A stretch of 64,000 nucleotides of DNA from an uncultured Pseudomonadota bacterium. Lineage in GTDB: Bacteria; Myxococcota_A; Polyangia; Fen-1088. Below are positions 52,049-61,495 of this stretch, piece by piece. Below the pieces are notes generated by a model. It had not been told where the DNA came from. It saw only the letters and a list, made by a program, of their open reading frames with translations, and did no database searches. Made by a program: the position numbers and the translations under genes. Numbering within the stretch: the stretch's first letter is position 1; every line of letters starts with the position of its first letter. Location of the stretch: the NCBI GenBank assembly GCA_963847705.1, contig CAWKBC010000034.1, forward strand, positions 160,001-224,000. The letters are read 5' to 3'.

Positions 52049-53400
52049 GGAAGCGGCTCCGCGAGCTGGGCTTCTCCATCGGCCGCTTCCCGGTCGGCGA
52101 ATCGAACGCCATCACCGACGTCGCCGGCGTCAAGGTCGGACACACGACGCTGATCATCGGCGACGGCCCGCTGGACGTCGGCAAGGGGCCCGTGCGCACC
52201 GGCGTCACCGCCATCATCCCCAACGCCAACGTGTTCGAGAGCCGGGTGGTCGCCGGCGGCTTCGTCCTCAACGGTGCCGGCGAGGTCTCCGGGATCACGC
52301 AGGTCCAGGAGTGGGGCCTGCTGGAGACGCCGATCCTGCTCACCAACACCATGGCGGTCGGCAAGGTCTCCGACGCCGCGGTCAAGTGGATGACCAAGAA
52401 GTGGCCCAAGATCGGCGGCGAGGACGACGTGGTGATCCCGCTGGTCGGCGAGTGCGACGACTCCTGGCTGAACGACACCGTCGGGCGCCACGTCCGCTCC
52501 GAGCACGTCTACCGCGCCATCGAGCAGGCGACGGCCGGCAAGGTAGCCGAGGGTTCGGTCGGCGCCGGGACCGGCCTCATCACCTGCGACTTCAAGGCCG
52601 GCATCGGCACCAGCTCGCGCCGGGTGGGGATCGAGGGGACCGACTACACCGTGGGGATCCTGGTGCAGTCGAACTTCGGCGTGATGCGCTCGCTGCGCGT
52701 CGACGGTGCGCCGGTCGGCGAGGTGCTGGAGCCGACCTACGCGGCGCCGCGGCGGGAGCGCAACGCCGGCTCCATCATCACGGTCATCGCCACCGACACG
52801 CCGCTCCTGTCATCTCAGCTCGTCCGACTCTGCAAGCGCGCCGCGCTGGGCATCGGCCGCACCGGCTCGTTCGCCGCCCACGGGTCGGGTGAGATCGTGG
52901 TCGCCTTCTCCACCTCCAACCGCGTCCCCCGCCAGACCTCCAAGATGACCGCCACGCTCGACGTCTTGCTGGACGAGGCCTGCGATCCACTTTACGAGGC
53001 GGTGGTCGAATGCACGGAGGAGGCGATCGTCAACGCGCTCTGCATGAGCGACGAGATGCGCGGCCAGTCGGGGCACGTCGCGCCGGCGCTGCCGCTCGAC
53101 CGCCTCTGCGAGATCCTCCAGAAGTACCGCCAGGCCTTCCGCCAACAAGACGGGGACCCTGGGAGGGTCCCCGAGCCCCTCCGCGACGAGTCCCACCGGG
53201 CAAAGCCCGGCGGGCCTTCACGCGATCAAGACGGGGACCCTGGGAGGGTCCCCGAGCCCCCCCGCGACGAGTCCCACCGGGCAAAGCCCGGCGGGCCTTC
53301 ACGCGATCAAGACGGGGACCCTGGGAGGGTCCCCGAGCCCCCCCGCGACGAGTCCCACCGGGCAAAGCCCGGCGGGCCTTCACGCGATCAAGACCAGTAA
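52045..53400 (+). CDS. DmpA/P1 (S58) family aminopeptidase with a repeat-derived C-terminal extension
   Basis: NAITDVAGVKVGH, RTGVT, LNGAGE, LTNT, GECDD..LND, EGSVGAGTG, autoprocessing G-SII.V.ATD and HGSGE. Start overlaps the upstream stop (ATGA). Confidence 0.9.
   Translation: MRKRLRELGFSIGRFPVGESNAITDVAGVKVGHTTLIIGDGPLDVGKGPVRTGVTAIIPNANVFESRVVAGGFVLNGAGEVSGITQVQEWGLLETPILLTNTMAVGKVSDAAVKWMTKKWPKIGGEDDVVIPLVGECDDSWLNDTVGRHVRSEHVYRAIEQATAGKVAEGSVGAGTGLITCDFKAGIGTSSRRVGIEGTDYTVGILVQSNFGVMRSLRVDGAPVGEVLEPTYAAPRRERNAGSIITVIATDTPLLSSQLVRLCKRAALGIGRTGSFAAHGSGEIVVAFSTSNRVPRQTSKMTATLDVLLDEACDPLYEAVVECTEEAIVNALCMSDEMRGQSGHVAPALPLDRLCEILQKYRQAFRQQDGDPGRVPEPLRDESHRAKPGGPSRDQDGDPGRVPEPPRDESHRAKPGGPSRDQDGDPGRVPEPPRDESHRAKPGGPSRDQDQ
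53146..53394 (+). repeat. Three tandem 81-bp two-hairpin units inside the peptidase 3' end
   Basis: caagac at 53146, 53227, 53308 and 53389. Hairpins ggggaccct-ggg-agggtcccc and ccgggc-aaa-gcccgg. Confidence 0.95.
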
Positions 53401-53402
53401 TC

Positions 53403-54476
53403 ATGCGCATCTGCTTGGTGGTCGCCGACGTGCGGGCGCAGCAGGCGACCTTCACTGGCGTCTACCTGGCCTGGGCCGCGCACCGGCGGGGACACGACGT
53501 CCGGTTCGTCTCCGTCGACGATCTCAGCTTCCTCGACGACAACAACATTCTCGCGCAGACGACGCGGGTCCGGGCGGGCGACTACGCGGATCCGGCCGCC
53601 TACGCCCAGGCGCTCGCCTCGGAGGAGGCGGTGGTCGAAGAGGACACGCTGAGCGGCTTCGACGTGGTCTTCCTGCGCTACAACCCGACGCGCGAAGGCG
53701 AGGGGCGCCCGGGCGCGCCGCTCATCGACTTCGGCTGGCGGCTGCGGCTGGCGGGCACGCTGGTGATCGACGATCCGGAGGGGATGCGCCGCGCCGGCAG
53801 CCGGATGTACCTGGCCGACTTTCCCGCCGACGTTCGCACCCGCACGCTGGTGTCGCGTTCGAAGACGCGCCTCAAGGCCTTCTTGAAGGCGCTCGACGGG
53901 CCGGCGGTGCTGAAGCCGCTGGCGCCCCGCGGCGGCGAGCACGTCTTCTATCTGCGGAGGCGGCAGGTCTCCAACCTCAACCAGATGATCGCGGCGGTGA
54001 CCAAGGAGGGGTACGCCCTGGCCCAGGAGTATCTCTCCGAGGCCGAGCAGGGGGAGAAGCGCCTCCTGCTGCTCAACGCCGAGCCGCTCCGGATCGGCGA
54101 GCGCGTGGCCATCTACCGCCGCCGCCCGGCCCGCAACGGCGCCGACGCCGGTGCCAATGCGGGCGGGGCCGGCGCGAAGTCCAGCAAGGCGGGCACCTCC
54201 CTGCGCGGCAGGTGCGACTTCGGCCCGGTGGAGGCGCGCATCTGCGACATCCTGCGGCCGAGGCTGCTGGCCGACGGGCTGACCTTCGTCTCGGTCGACA
54301 TCGTCGGCGATCGCATCCTCGAGCTGAACGTCTTCACGCCGGGTGGCCTGCACGCCGTCGCCGAGCTCTACGGTGTCGACGCCTCGGAGGTGGTGATCGC
54401 CGATCTCGAGCGCCGGGTCCGGCTGCGGGCCGCCTACCGCACGACGTTCGATCCCGAGGCCGCGGACGTCGTGTAA
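53403..54476 (+). CDS. Glutathione synthetase (GshB)-like ATP-grasp ligase
   Basis: FDVVFLRYNP, VIDDP, RTLVSR, VLKPL..RGG..VF, QEYL....GEKR, VDIVG and ELNVFTPGG. Confidence 0.8.
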   Translation: MRICLVVADVRAQQATFTGVYLAWAAHRRGHDVRFVSVDDLSFLDDNNILAQTTRVRAGDYADPAAYAQALASEEAVVEEDTLSGFDVVFLRYNPTREGEGRPGAPLIDFGWRLRLAGTLVIDDPEGMRRAGSRMYLADFPADVRTRTLVSRSKTRLKAFLKALDGPAVLKPLAPRGGEHVFYLRRRQVSNLNQMIAAVTKEGYALAQEYLSEAEQGEKRLLLLNAEPLRIGERVAIYRRRPARNGADAGANAGGAGAKSSKAGTSLRGRCDFGPVEARICDILRPRLLADGLTFVSVDIVGDRILELNVFTPGGLHAVAELYGVDASEVVIADLERRVRLRAAYRTTFDPEAADVV

Positions 54477-54488
54477 CCTAGATGGGCG

Positions 54489-55679
54489 ATGGACGAGCAA
54501 GATCCTCCTTCTGACGTTCCGCGCCGGCGGACCGAGGAGATGTCGGTCCCCACGGAGGTTATCTCCCCCGGCCCGATCTTCACGCTCTCGCCCGAAGAGA
54601 TCGCCCGCTTCTTCGTCCGGGCGCGCCGCGATCAGGACACCGAGCACTGGGACGTCCGGCTCGACGGCACGCTGCGTGAGATCCTCGAACGGGCCAACGA
54701 CTTCGTGCCCTCCGAGATGGGGGGGATCCTGCTCGACGATCCGCGCGCCAAGCTGGCCGGCGCACCGGCGCCGCGCCTCACCTACATTGCGGCCTTCGGC
54801 CCCGGCAACGGCAGCGTGGTCGGCAAGCGGCTGCCGAGCGATCGCGGATTCGCCGGGCGCGTCTACACCACCGGCCGCCCCAAGCAGACCGACAAGCTCG
54901 AGCCCGATGATCCGCTGCTCACCCTGACCGCCGAGCTGGGATCCATCAGGTCGATCGTGGCGGTCCCGATCGTGGTCGGCGAATCGATCTGCGGGATCCT
55001 CCAGCTGGGCAACCGGCGCTCCGGCACCCCCTACACCCCGCGCGACAAAGAGCTGCTGCGGATCTTCGCGGCGTACATGTCGTCGTCAATCCAGAACGCG
55101 CTCGACGCCATCCGCGCGCGGGCGCAGGCGCGGATGGACGACCTCACCGGCCTGGCCAACAGCCGCTACTTTCACACCCGGCTCGGCGAGGAGATCACCC
55201 GCGCCGATCACGACGGGACCGAGCTCGGCATGCTCTTCATCGATCTCGACCGCTTCAAGGGGGTCAACGACATGTACGGCCACCTGGCGGGAAGCTGGAC
55301 GCTGCAGAAGGTGGCGCGCCTCTTGGCCGAGCACGCCCCACCCGCTGCGCTGGTCGCCCGCTACGGCGGCGACGAGTTCGTGGTGATCCTCCCCGGCGCC
55401 GACATCGCGCGCGCCGCCCAGGCCGCCGAGACGCTGCGGTCGGCCATCGCCAGCGCGATCTTCTTCGATCTGCAGCCGGACAACCGGCGCACGCCGCCGC
55501 CGCAGCCGCCGCCCCGCATCACGGCGTCGATCGGCATCTCCTCCTACCGCGAGCACCTGGCCCCCGGCGGCACCCAGCGGCGCCGCGAGAGCACGCTGCT
55601 GCGCCTGGCCGACTCGGCCATGTACCGCGCCAAGGCGGCCGGGCGGAACCGCGTCCAGATCGCCGATCCGGAGGACTGA
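54489..55679 (+). CDS. GAF-GGDEF diguanylate cyclase
   Basis: GAF (SIVAVPI...GILQLGN) plus DDLTGL.N, IDLDRFK.VND.YGH, RYGGDEF, SIG and AD.AMY.AK..GRN. Confidence 0.93.
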   Translation: MDEQDPPSDVPRRRTEEMSVPTEVISPGPIFTLSPEEIARFFVRARRDQDTEHWDVRLDGTLREILERANDFVPSEMGGILLDDPRAKLAGAPAPRLTYIAAFGPGNGSVVGKRLPSDRGFAGRVYTTGRPKQTDKLEPDDPLLTLTAELGSIRSIVAVPIVVGESICGILQLGNRRSGTPYTPRDKELLRIFAAYMSSSIQNALDAIRARAQARMDDLTGLANSRYFHTRLGEEITRADHDGTELGMLFIDLDRFKGVNDMYGHLAGSWTLQKVARLLAEHAPPAALVARYGGDEFVVILPGADIARAAQAAETLRSAIASAIFFDLQPDNRRTPPPQPPPRITASIGISSYREHLAPGGTQRRRESTLLRLADSAMYRAKAAGRNRVQIADPED

Positions 55680-55743
55680 GCCCGGGGGCGCCGTGCGCCT
55701 GCTCATCTTGGACGGTCCCCGAGGCCCCCGGACGACGCACGTC

Positions 55744-55779
55744 TGCATAGAGGCATATTTTATAGTATGCTTGTATGCA
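55744..55779. promoter_or_regulatory. Palindromic operator and -10 box of the vapBC operon
   Basis: tgcata/tatgca and gcata/tatgc pairs are symmetric about 55761.5 and enclose TATAGT (55761-55766). Confidence 0.65.
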
Positions 55780-56024
55780 TGCGGACCACCATAGATCTGC
55801 CGGACGCCCTTTTCGCCAAAGCCAAGCGCCTCGCCCACGAGCGCGGGACCACCCTGCGCGAGCTGACGATCGAGGGGCTCGAGGCCGTTGTCGACCAGCA
55901 TCGCCGCGCTCCAAAGTTCCGCCTGCGCGATGCCTCTTACGGCAAAGGGGGCCTCGTCGAAGGATTGGACGAGACCGAATGGGATCGCATCCGTGACCTC
56001 GCCTACGAGGGCCGCGGCGGGTGA
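55779..56024 (+). CDS. vapB: VapB-type antitoxin (RHH)
   Basis: MRTTIDLPDALF..AK..A...GTTLREL..EGL. Overlaps the PIN gene start. Confidence 0.85.
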   Translation: MRTTIDLPDALFAKAKRLAHERGTTLRELTIEGLEAVVDQHRRAPKFRLRDASYGKGGLVEGLDETEWDRIRDLAYEGRGG

Positions 56025-56449
56025 TCGCCATCGACACGAACGTTCTCGTCTACGCTCACCGACGCGACTCGAGCTTCCATCAGCGCGCGCGAGACTGCCT
56101 GCAGGAACACGCCCAAGGCGATGCGGCCTGGGCGATTCCTTGGCCCTGCGTGCACGAGTTCCTGGCCATCGTCACCAACCCTCGCATCTTCAAACAACCA
56201 ACCCCGGTCGCAGCCGCCCTTCTCCAGATCGAGAGCTGGTTGGAATCGCCGACGCTTCGACTGTTGGGAGAAGAAGAGGGGTACTGGACGGTGCTGGCGG
56301 ATCTCATCAGAAGGAACAACGTCCGCGGCGGCAAGGTCCACGATGCGCGTATCGCCGCGCTGGCCATTCATCATGGCGCCCGGGAGCTCCTCTCGGCAGA
56401 CCGCGACTTCACCCGTATGGCCCCGCTGTCCGTGCGCAACCCGCTTTGA
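56021..56449 (+). CDS. vapC: VapC PIN-domain toxin
   Basis: IDTNVLVYA, E, VHDARIAA and SADRDF acidic PIN residues. Confidence 0.92.
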   Translation: MIAIDTNVLVYAHRRDSSFHQRARDCLQEHAQGDAAWAIPWPCVHEFLAIVTNPRIFKQPTPVAAALLQIESWLESPTLRLLGEEEGYWTVLADLIRRNNVRGGKVHDARIAALAIHHGARELLSADRDFTRMAPLSVRNPL

Positions 56450-56558
56450 AGCGGCAGCCCACGGGCCTGCTCACCAGCGCCATCAGCGGCCAGCGTCGTC
56501 ACCCTCTTCGAACGCGTCCGACGAACCTCAAACGAAGGAGTCCGACGCCGCGTAGCGG

Positions 56559-57110
56559 CTAGGTGTCTGCGGCCATCGTGGCCAGCGTGGTGACGGTCTT
56601 CCAGTTGCGGGTCGTGGCCGGGGCGCCGAGCGCGCGCTCGAAGGCGTTGTTCGACAGCTTGGTGTTGCCGTAGCCGTCGGGGCAGAGGAGGTAGATCGAC
56701 GTGCCGAGGCAGCGGAAGGTGTCGCGCCCCGAGGAGACGCCCTCCATCTTTTTCAGCCCGGCGGCGGCCGGCGCCCCGGCGAGAAACGTGACGTGCAGCT
56801 TCGTCACGTCGATCGTCTCCCCGCGCCGTTTGAGGAACGGGTTCTCCTCGACGATCCGCGCGAGCTCGGCCGCCCCGAGGACCAGCACCGGCACCTCGAA
56901 CCCGAAGTCGCGCTCGATCCGGGCCGCGATCTTGGTCCCGAGCGGCGCCGCCCCGCGCTCCTTGGCCTCGAACACGACGTTCCCGCTCTGGACGTAGGTG
57001 CGGACGTTCTTGAACCCGAGCGCCTCGAACGACGCGCGCAGGGCCTCCATCTTGACCGGCTTGCTGCCGCTCACGTTGATCCCGCGCAACATCGCCACGT
57101 AGCTGGGCAT
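56559..57110 (-). CDS. DUF1697 family protein
   Basis: LRGINVSG, VRTYVQSGNVVF, NPF and TTRNWKTV. Confidence 0.9.
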   Translation of the reverse strand: MPSYVAMLRGINVSGSKPVKMEALRASFEALGFKNVRTYVQSGNVVFEAKERGAAPLGTKIAARIERDFGFEVPVLVLGAAELARIVEENPFLKRRGETIDVTKLHVTFLAGAPAAAGLKKMEGVSSGRDTFRCLGTSIYLLCPDGYGNTKLSNNAFERALGAPATTRNWKTVTTLATMAADT

Positions 57111-57120
57111 CGCCGCCCTC

Positions 57121-58464
57121 CTATTTCTTCGCGCCCTCTTTTTTTTCGCCGTCGCCGCGCAGCCGGATCTGGCGCGCGGCGATCTCGCTCTCGTCGCCGG
57201 AGTCGGACGGATGGTAGTAGCGGTGGCCGCGGAGCTCCTCGGGCAGATACTCCTCGCGGACGTAGTGTCCCTTGAAGTCGTGTGGGTACTGATATCCCGC
57301 ACCCCAGCCCAGCGCCTTGCCCATCCCGCTCGAGGCGTTGCGCAGATGCGCCGGGACCGGCAGCGCGCCGTGCGCGTCGACGTCGGCCTTGGCGGCGGCA
57401 TAGGTGGTGACCGCGGTGTTGCTCTTGGGCGCCGTCGCCAGATAGATCGCCGCCTCGGTCATCGGGAGGATCCCCTCCGGCAGGCCGATGAAGCGAAAGG
57501 CGTCGAGCGCGGCGGTGGCCACCGAGAGCGCCCGCGGATCGGCCACGCCGATATCCTCGGCCGCGAAGATGACCAGACGGCGCAGCACGAAGAGCGGATC
57601 CTCGCCGGCCTCGATCATGCGCGCCATCCAGTAGACGGCGGCGTCGGGATCGCTGCCGCGCAGGCTCTTGATGAAGGCGCTCACCACGCCGTAGTGCTCG
57701 TCCCCCGCCTTGTCGTAGAGGATCGTCTTTTTCTGCGAGGCCTCCTCGACCACGGGCGCGGTGAGCACGATCTGGCCGGCGGCGTCGGGCACCGCGACCG
57801 CGGCCGCCGCCTCCAGCGTCGCCAGCGCCCGCCGGGCGTCGCCGCGCGCCTCGCGGACGATGAGATCGCGCACCTCGTCAGCCGCCGAGAGCCCGCGGCC
57901 GCCCAGCCCCCGCTCCCCGTCGGTGAGCGCGCGATCGATCACCGTCCGCAGATCGGCGTCCGACAGGGCGTGCAGCACCACCACCTTGGCGCGCGACAAG
58001 AGCGCGGCGTTCACCTCGAACGACGGGTTCTCGGTGGTGGCGCCGATGAGGACGATCGTCCCCGCCTCGACGTGGGGCAGGAGCGCGTCCTGCTGCCCCT
58101 TGTTGAAGCGGTGGATCTCGTCGACGAACAGCACGGTGCGCTCCCCCTGCTCATCGCGCCGCGTCGCCGCCTCGGCCACCGCCTCGCGCAGATCCTTGAC
58201 GCCCGCCATCACGGCGGAGAGCGGCACGAAGCGCGCGTGCGCCTCGGCCGCCAGCAGCCGGCCGAGCGTGGTCTTCCCGGTCCCCGGCGGCCCCCACAAG
58301 ATGAGCGACGGCAGCTCGCGCGCCTGCAGCGCGCGCCGGAGCAGCTTCCCCGGCCCGAGCAGGTGCGCCTGTCCCACGAGCTCGGCCAGCGTCCGCGGCC
58401 GCATACGCTCGGCCAGCGGCTGCCCGCGCCGATCCTTGCTGGCGGCCCGCGCGAAGAGATCCAT
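57121..58464 (-). CDS. rarA: Replication-associated recombination protein A (MgsA/RarA AAA+ ATPase)
   Basis: PLAERMRP, GPPGTGKTT, DEIHRFNK.QQD, GATTENP, SAFIKS.RGSD.DA and PKSN. Confidence 0.95.
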   Translation of the reverse strand: MDLFARAASKDRRGQPLAERMRPRTLAELVGQAHLLGPGKLLRRALQARELPSLILWGPPGTGKTTLGRLLAAEAHARFVPLSAVMAGVKDLREAVAEAATRRDEQGERTVLFVDEIHRFNKGQQDALLPHVEAGTIVLIGATTENPSFEVNAALLSRAKVVVLHALSDADLRTVIDRALTDGERGLGGRGLSAADEVRDLIVREARGDARRALATLEAAAAVAVPDAAGQIVLTAPVVEEASQKKTILYDKAGDEHYGVVSAFIKSLRGSDPDAAVYWMARMIEAGEDPLFVLRRLVIFAAEDIGVADPRALSVATAALDAFRFIGLPEGILPMTEAAIYLATAPKSNTAVTTYAAAKADVDAHGALPVPAHLRNASSGMGKALGWGAGYQYPHDFKGHYVREEYLPEELRGHRYYHPSDSGDESEIAARQIRLRGDGEKKEGAKK

Positions 58465-58553
58465 CGCTGGCAGTCTAGCGCGAGGCTTGCGCCGGGTGAC
58501 CTCAACGTTTGCCGCCGGCCTGCCGATGAGGCCGGCAGGAGCCCATTCGATCA

Positions 58554-59309
58554 ATGCACCGATCGTCGACAGCACTGTTGTTGATGGCGGCCGCCGCATT
58601 GGGCGGCGCCGCAGGATGCGCCGAGACCTCGCCCGCCGCCCAGCCAGGTGGGGCGCACCCCTCCGCGCAGCAACAGGCCCCCGTGGGTCTGGCGACGAAC
58701 GCCTCGCCGCGTGGCGCCACGCTCTCCCCGGCGGACGCCACGGCGGAGGTCGCCTACTACCGGGAGCGTTCGGTGGCCCTCGCCGGGGGCGCCTCGACCG
58801 AGATCGCGCGAACGGACTTCACGCGGCTCCGACGCGGCCGGCTGTATCTGACCGAGGGCCTCCCCGACCGCGAGATCGAGGAGCTGCGGCGGCGCCTCAG
58901 CGACGCCTTCGGGGCCCAGAACGTGGCCGCCATCCTGGAGCTGACGGGCCAGCTCATCGAACGAAATCAGGCCGATATTCGGGCGCACATGCTGCGCGCG
59001 ATCGCCTTGCGGCAAGCGGGCCACGACAGCGAGGCCCGCACGCACCACGACCTGGCGATCGCCCTGCTCGAGTCGATCATGGCAGGTGGCGACGGTCAGG
59101 GAGTCACTTCGCCCTGGACCGTGTTCGACGTCAGCGAGGAGTACGAGGTCCTGAAGGCAAAGGGCTGTATTCCGGGGCCCCAGGCACTGGTGGCGCACGA
59201 GGACCGGCAGTTCGACGTGCTGCACGCGCGCAATGCCTCGAACGGCGCCCCCTGTGAAGCCACCTTCGACATCACCGAGCTGATGGCCGTGACCGCGCGG
59301 CATCTTTAG
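58554..59309 (+). CDS. DUF4919-like lipoprotein
   Basis: Lipobox AAGC, DFTRLR, SI...GDG....SPW.V...EEY and FDIT. Confidence 0.65.
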   Translation: MHRSSTALLLMAAAALGGAAGCAETSPAAQPGGAHPSAQQQAPVGLATNASPRGATLSPADATAEVAYYRERSVALAGGASTEIARTDFTRLRRGRLYLTEGLPDREIEELRRRLSDAFGAQNVAAILELTGQLIERNQADIRAHMLRAIALRQAGHDSEARTHHDLAIALLESIMAGGDGQGVTSPWTVFDVSEEYEVLKAKGCIPGPQALVAHEDRQFDVLHARNASNGAPCEATFDITELMAVTARHL

Positions 59310-59335
59310 GGCGCGACCGAAGCCGACGAGGCGCA

Positions 59336-59452
59336 CCAGCAGGCCAGCGCCCCCAGCAGGCCAGCGCCCCAGCGCGCCAGCACGCCAGCGCCCCAGCAGG
59401 CCAGCACGCCAGCGCCCCAGCGCGCCAGCGCCCCAGCGCGCCAGCACGCCAG
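59336..59452. repeat. About 14 tandem degenerate octamers CCAGCnnn
   Basis: ccagcagg, ccagcgcc, ccagcgcg and ccagcacg units in the intergenic region. Confidence 0.85.
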
Positions 59453-59500
59453 ATCGACCGCAACTAGAACTGCCCGCGCTCGGATGTTAGGGTCGCGGCG

Positions 59501-61147
59501 TTGCGGCCGGCGCTGACCCTTCGATCGCTGTTCTGCCTCGGCCTGCTGGCCGCGGCGCCGAGCCCCAGCGCCGGTGCGAAGTCGAACGAGCCCGAGCCGT
59601 CTGCGGCGCCTCCGAATCCCCAGCCGCCGCCCGCGACCGAGACGGAAGCGGCGACGACCGGCAAGAACGGTCCGCGTCCGCTGATGGGCTTGGCGCCGCG
59701 GCCGGGCGCCTCGGCCGAGCTCCCCAAGCCGCCGCGCGATCCGGCCGAGCGCCGGGTCTGGCTCGGCGCCCAGCTCGACGCCCTCTTCCGGACGCCGGCG
59801 CTGGCCAAGGCCAAGGTCTCGGCGATCGTCGTCGAAGCCGACAGCGGCAAGACGCTTTACGCCCACGACGACAAGACGGGGCTCAACGCGGCCTCCAACG
59901 TCAAGATCGTCACCTCGGCGGCGTCGCTGTCGCTGCTCGGCCCCGAGTACCGCTGGCGCACGACGCTGGCGGTGGTCGGGCCCCCGGGCGGCCCGCCGCT
60001 GCCGTCGGGCGGCGAGGTGAGCGGCGATCTCTACCTGCGCGGCTCAGGCGATCCGACGCTGTCGACGGAAGATCTCGCCGCGATGGTGAGTGACCTGGCG
60101 TCGCTCGGCCTGCACAAGGTCAAAGGGTCGCTGATCATCGACGACAGCCTGTTCGACGGCGGCTACGTGCCGCCGGCCTACGATCAGAAGACCGACTCGA
60201 CCGCGTCGCGCGCGCCCTCGTCGGCCGCCTCGCTCGACGGCAACGTCGTCGGCGTCACCATCATCCCCGCCGCCGCCGCGGGCGCGCCCGCGCGCATCGT
60301 CGTCGATCCGGCGTCGCCCTATTTCACCGTCGCCGGGCGGGTCGTCACCGCCGCCAGCGGCCCGGCCGCGCCCAGCGTCGACACCAAAGAGGACGGCAAC
60401 CGGACGCGCGTCAACGTCGGGGGGCGCATCAAGCTCGGCGCCGATCCACGCACGTTCTATCGGCGCGTCGCGCAGCCCTCGCTGTTTCTGGGACAGACGC
60501 TCAAGCAGCTCTGCGAGCGACGTGGAATTTCCGTGGGCGGCGTTCGCGTCGGCGCCGCGCCCGCCCAGGGGCTGCGCGTGATCGCCACGCACGACTCGGC
60601 ACCACTGGCCGTGGTGGTCCAGGATCTCAACAAGCGGTCGAACAACTTTGCCGCCGAGCAGCTGCTCCGCACGCTGGGCGCCGAGATCGGTGGACATCCT
60701 GGAAACTGGGACAAAGGCCTCAAGGCCGTCGCCCGCTACCTCGGCGGTATCGGAATCAAGGCCGACAGTTACGAGATGAAGAACGGTTCGGGCCTCTACG
60801 ACTCGAACCGCTTCTCGGCGGCACAGATCGCCACGATCCTCCGCGCGGCGGCCCATGACTTCCGGATCTCGGCGGAGTTCTTGGCCTCGCTGGCGATCGC
60901 CGGCACCGACGGCACCATTGCCCACCGCATGGGCGCCACGCTGGCAGAGCGTTACGTACGTGCCAAGACCGGCACGCTGGCCAACGTGAGCTGCCTGTCA
61001 GGATTCGCCGGTTCGCCCGGTCACCTGCCGCTCGTGTTCTCCATCCTGGTCAACGACGTCGGAAACCCGAACGACGCGCGGCGCGCGCAGGATCGCGCCG
61101 CGGAGATCCTGGTCGCCTACCTCGAAGGCGACGCCGTCGCGAAGTAG
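59501..61147 (+). CDS. dacB: D-alanyl-D-alanine carboxypeptidase/endopeptidase (PBP4, S13)
   Basis: ASNVK (SxxK), GSGDP, SNN (SxN), GSGL...NR, GTDGT and AKTGTL (KTG). Confidence 0.93.
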   Translation: MRPALTLRSLFCLGLLAAAPSPSAGAKSNEPEPSAAPPNPQPPPATETEAATTGKNGPRPLMGLAPRPGASAELPKPPRDPAERRVWLGAQLDALFRTPALAKAKVSAIVVEADSGKTLYAHDDKTGLNAASNVKIVTSAASLSLLGPEYRWRTTLAVVGPPGGPPLPSGGEVSGDLYLRGSGDPTLSTEDLAAMVSDLASLGLHKVKGSLIIDDSLFDGGYVPPAYDQKTDSTASRAPSSAASLDGNVVGVTIIPAAAAGAPARIVVDPASPYFTVAGRVVTAASGPAAPSVDTKEDGNRTRVNVGGRIKLGADPRTFYRRVAQPSLFLGQTLKQLCERRGISVGGVRVGAAPAQGLRVIATHDSAPLAVVVQDLNKRSNNFAAEQLLRTLGAEIGGHPGNWDKGLKAVARYLGGIGIKADSYEMKNGSGLYDSNRFSAAQIATILRAAAHDFRISAEFLASLAIAGTDGTIAHRMGATLAERYVRAKTGTLANVSCLSGFAGSPGHLPLVFSILVNDVGNPNDARRAQDRAAEILVAYLEGDAVAK

Positions 61148-61329
61148 CCGGCCGGCCGTGCCGGGCGGCGCTCGCCGCCGGGACTCCACCCCTCGGTGTC
61201 TCGCGGCCGCTCGCGAAGCAGCTTGGCCTGCTCCTCCGGCGCCAGCTTCTCCCACCCTCGTCCCCCGCTCCCCTCATCCATCGCATCCATCCAATCGGTC
61301 GAACGCGGACTGATGTGACGCAGCAGCAT
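61117..61329 (-). CDS. Possible small hypothetical protein (70 aa)
   Basis: Strong RBS ggaggt 5 nt before the ATG. No recognisable motif, and it overlaps the dacB end. Confidence 0.3.
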   Translation of the reverse strand: MLLRHISPRSTDWMDAMDEGSGGRGWEKLAPEEQAKLLRERPRDTEGWSPGGERRPARPAGYFATASPSR

Positions 61330-61429
61330 CTCTACCTCCCCGGTGATGCTCACCCAAACTACCTCGGATTCTACCGAAGAAATTCCCGCCAGGCCGGCCG
61401 ATCGAGCATCAGTTGAAACTTCCGACCCC

Positions 61430-61495
61430 GACCGGGCGCGGAGCAGCGCCCCCGCTGTTCCGCGCCCGGTCTCTCTCTCTCGTTCTCTCCCGTTC
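61430..61495 (+). terminator. 19-bp GC-rich hairpin followed by a pyrimidine tract
   Basis: gaccgggcgcggagcagcg-cccc-cgctgttccgcgcccggtc, then tctctctctcgttctctc. The tail is not a clean poly-U. Confidence 0.4.

Noticed and set aside
53146-53394. Possible CRISPR array (palindromic repeats)
   Set aside because: The whole 81-bp unit is repeated, so there are no variable spacers.
59336-59452. Cluster of Chi sites near rarA
   Set aside because: GCTGG matches only part of E. coli Chi (GCTGGTGG), and Chi sequences are lineage-specific.
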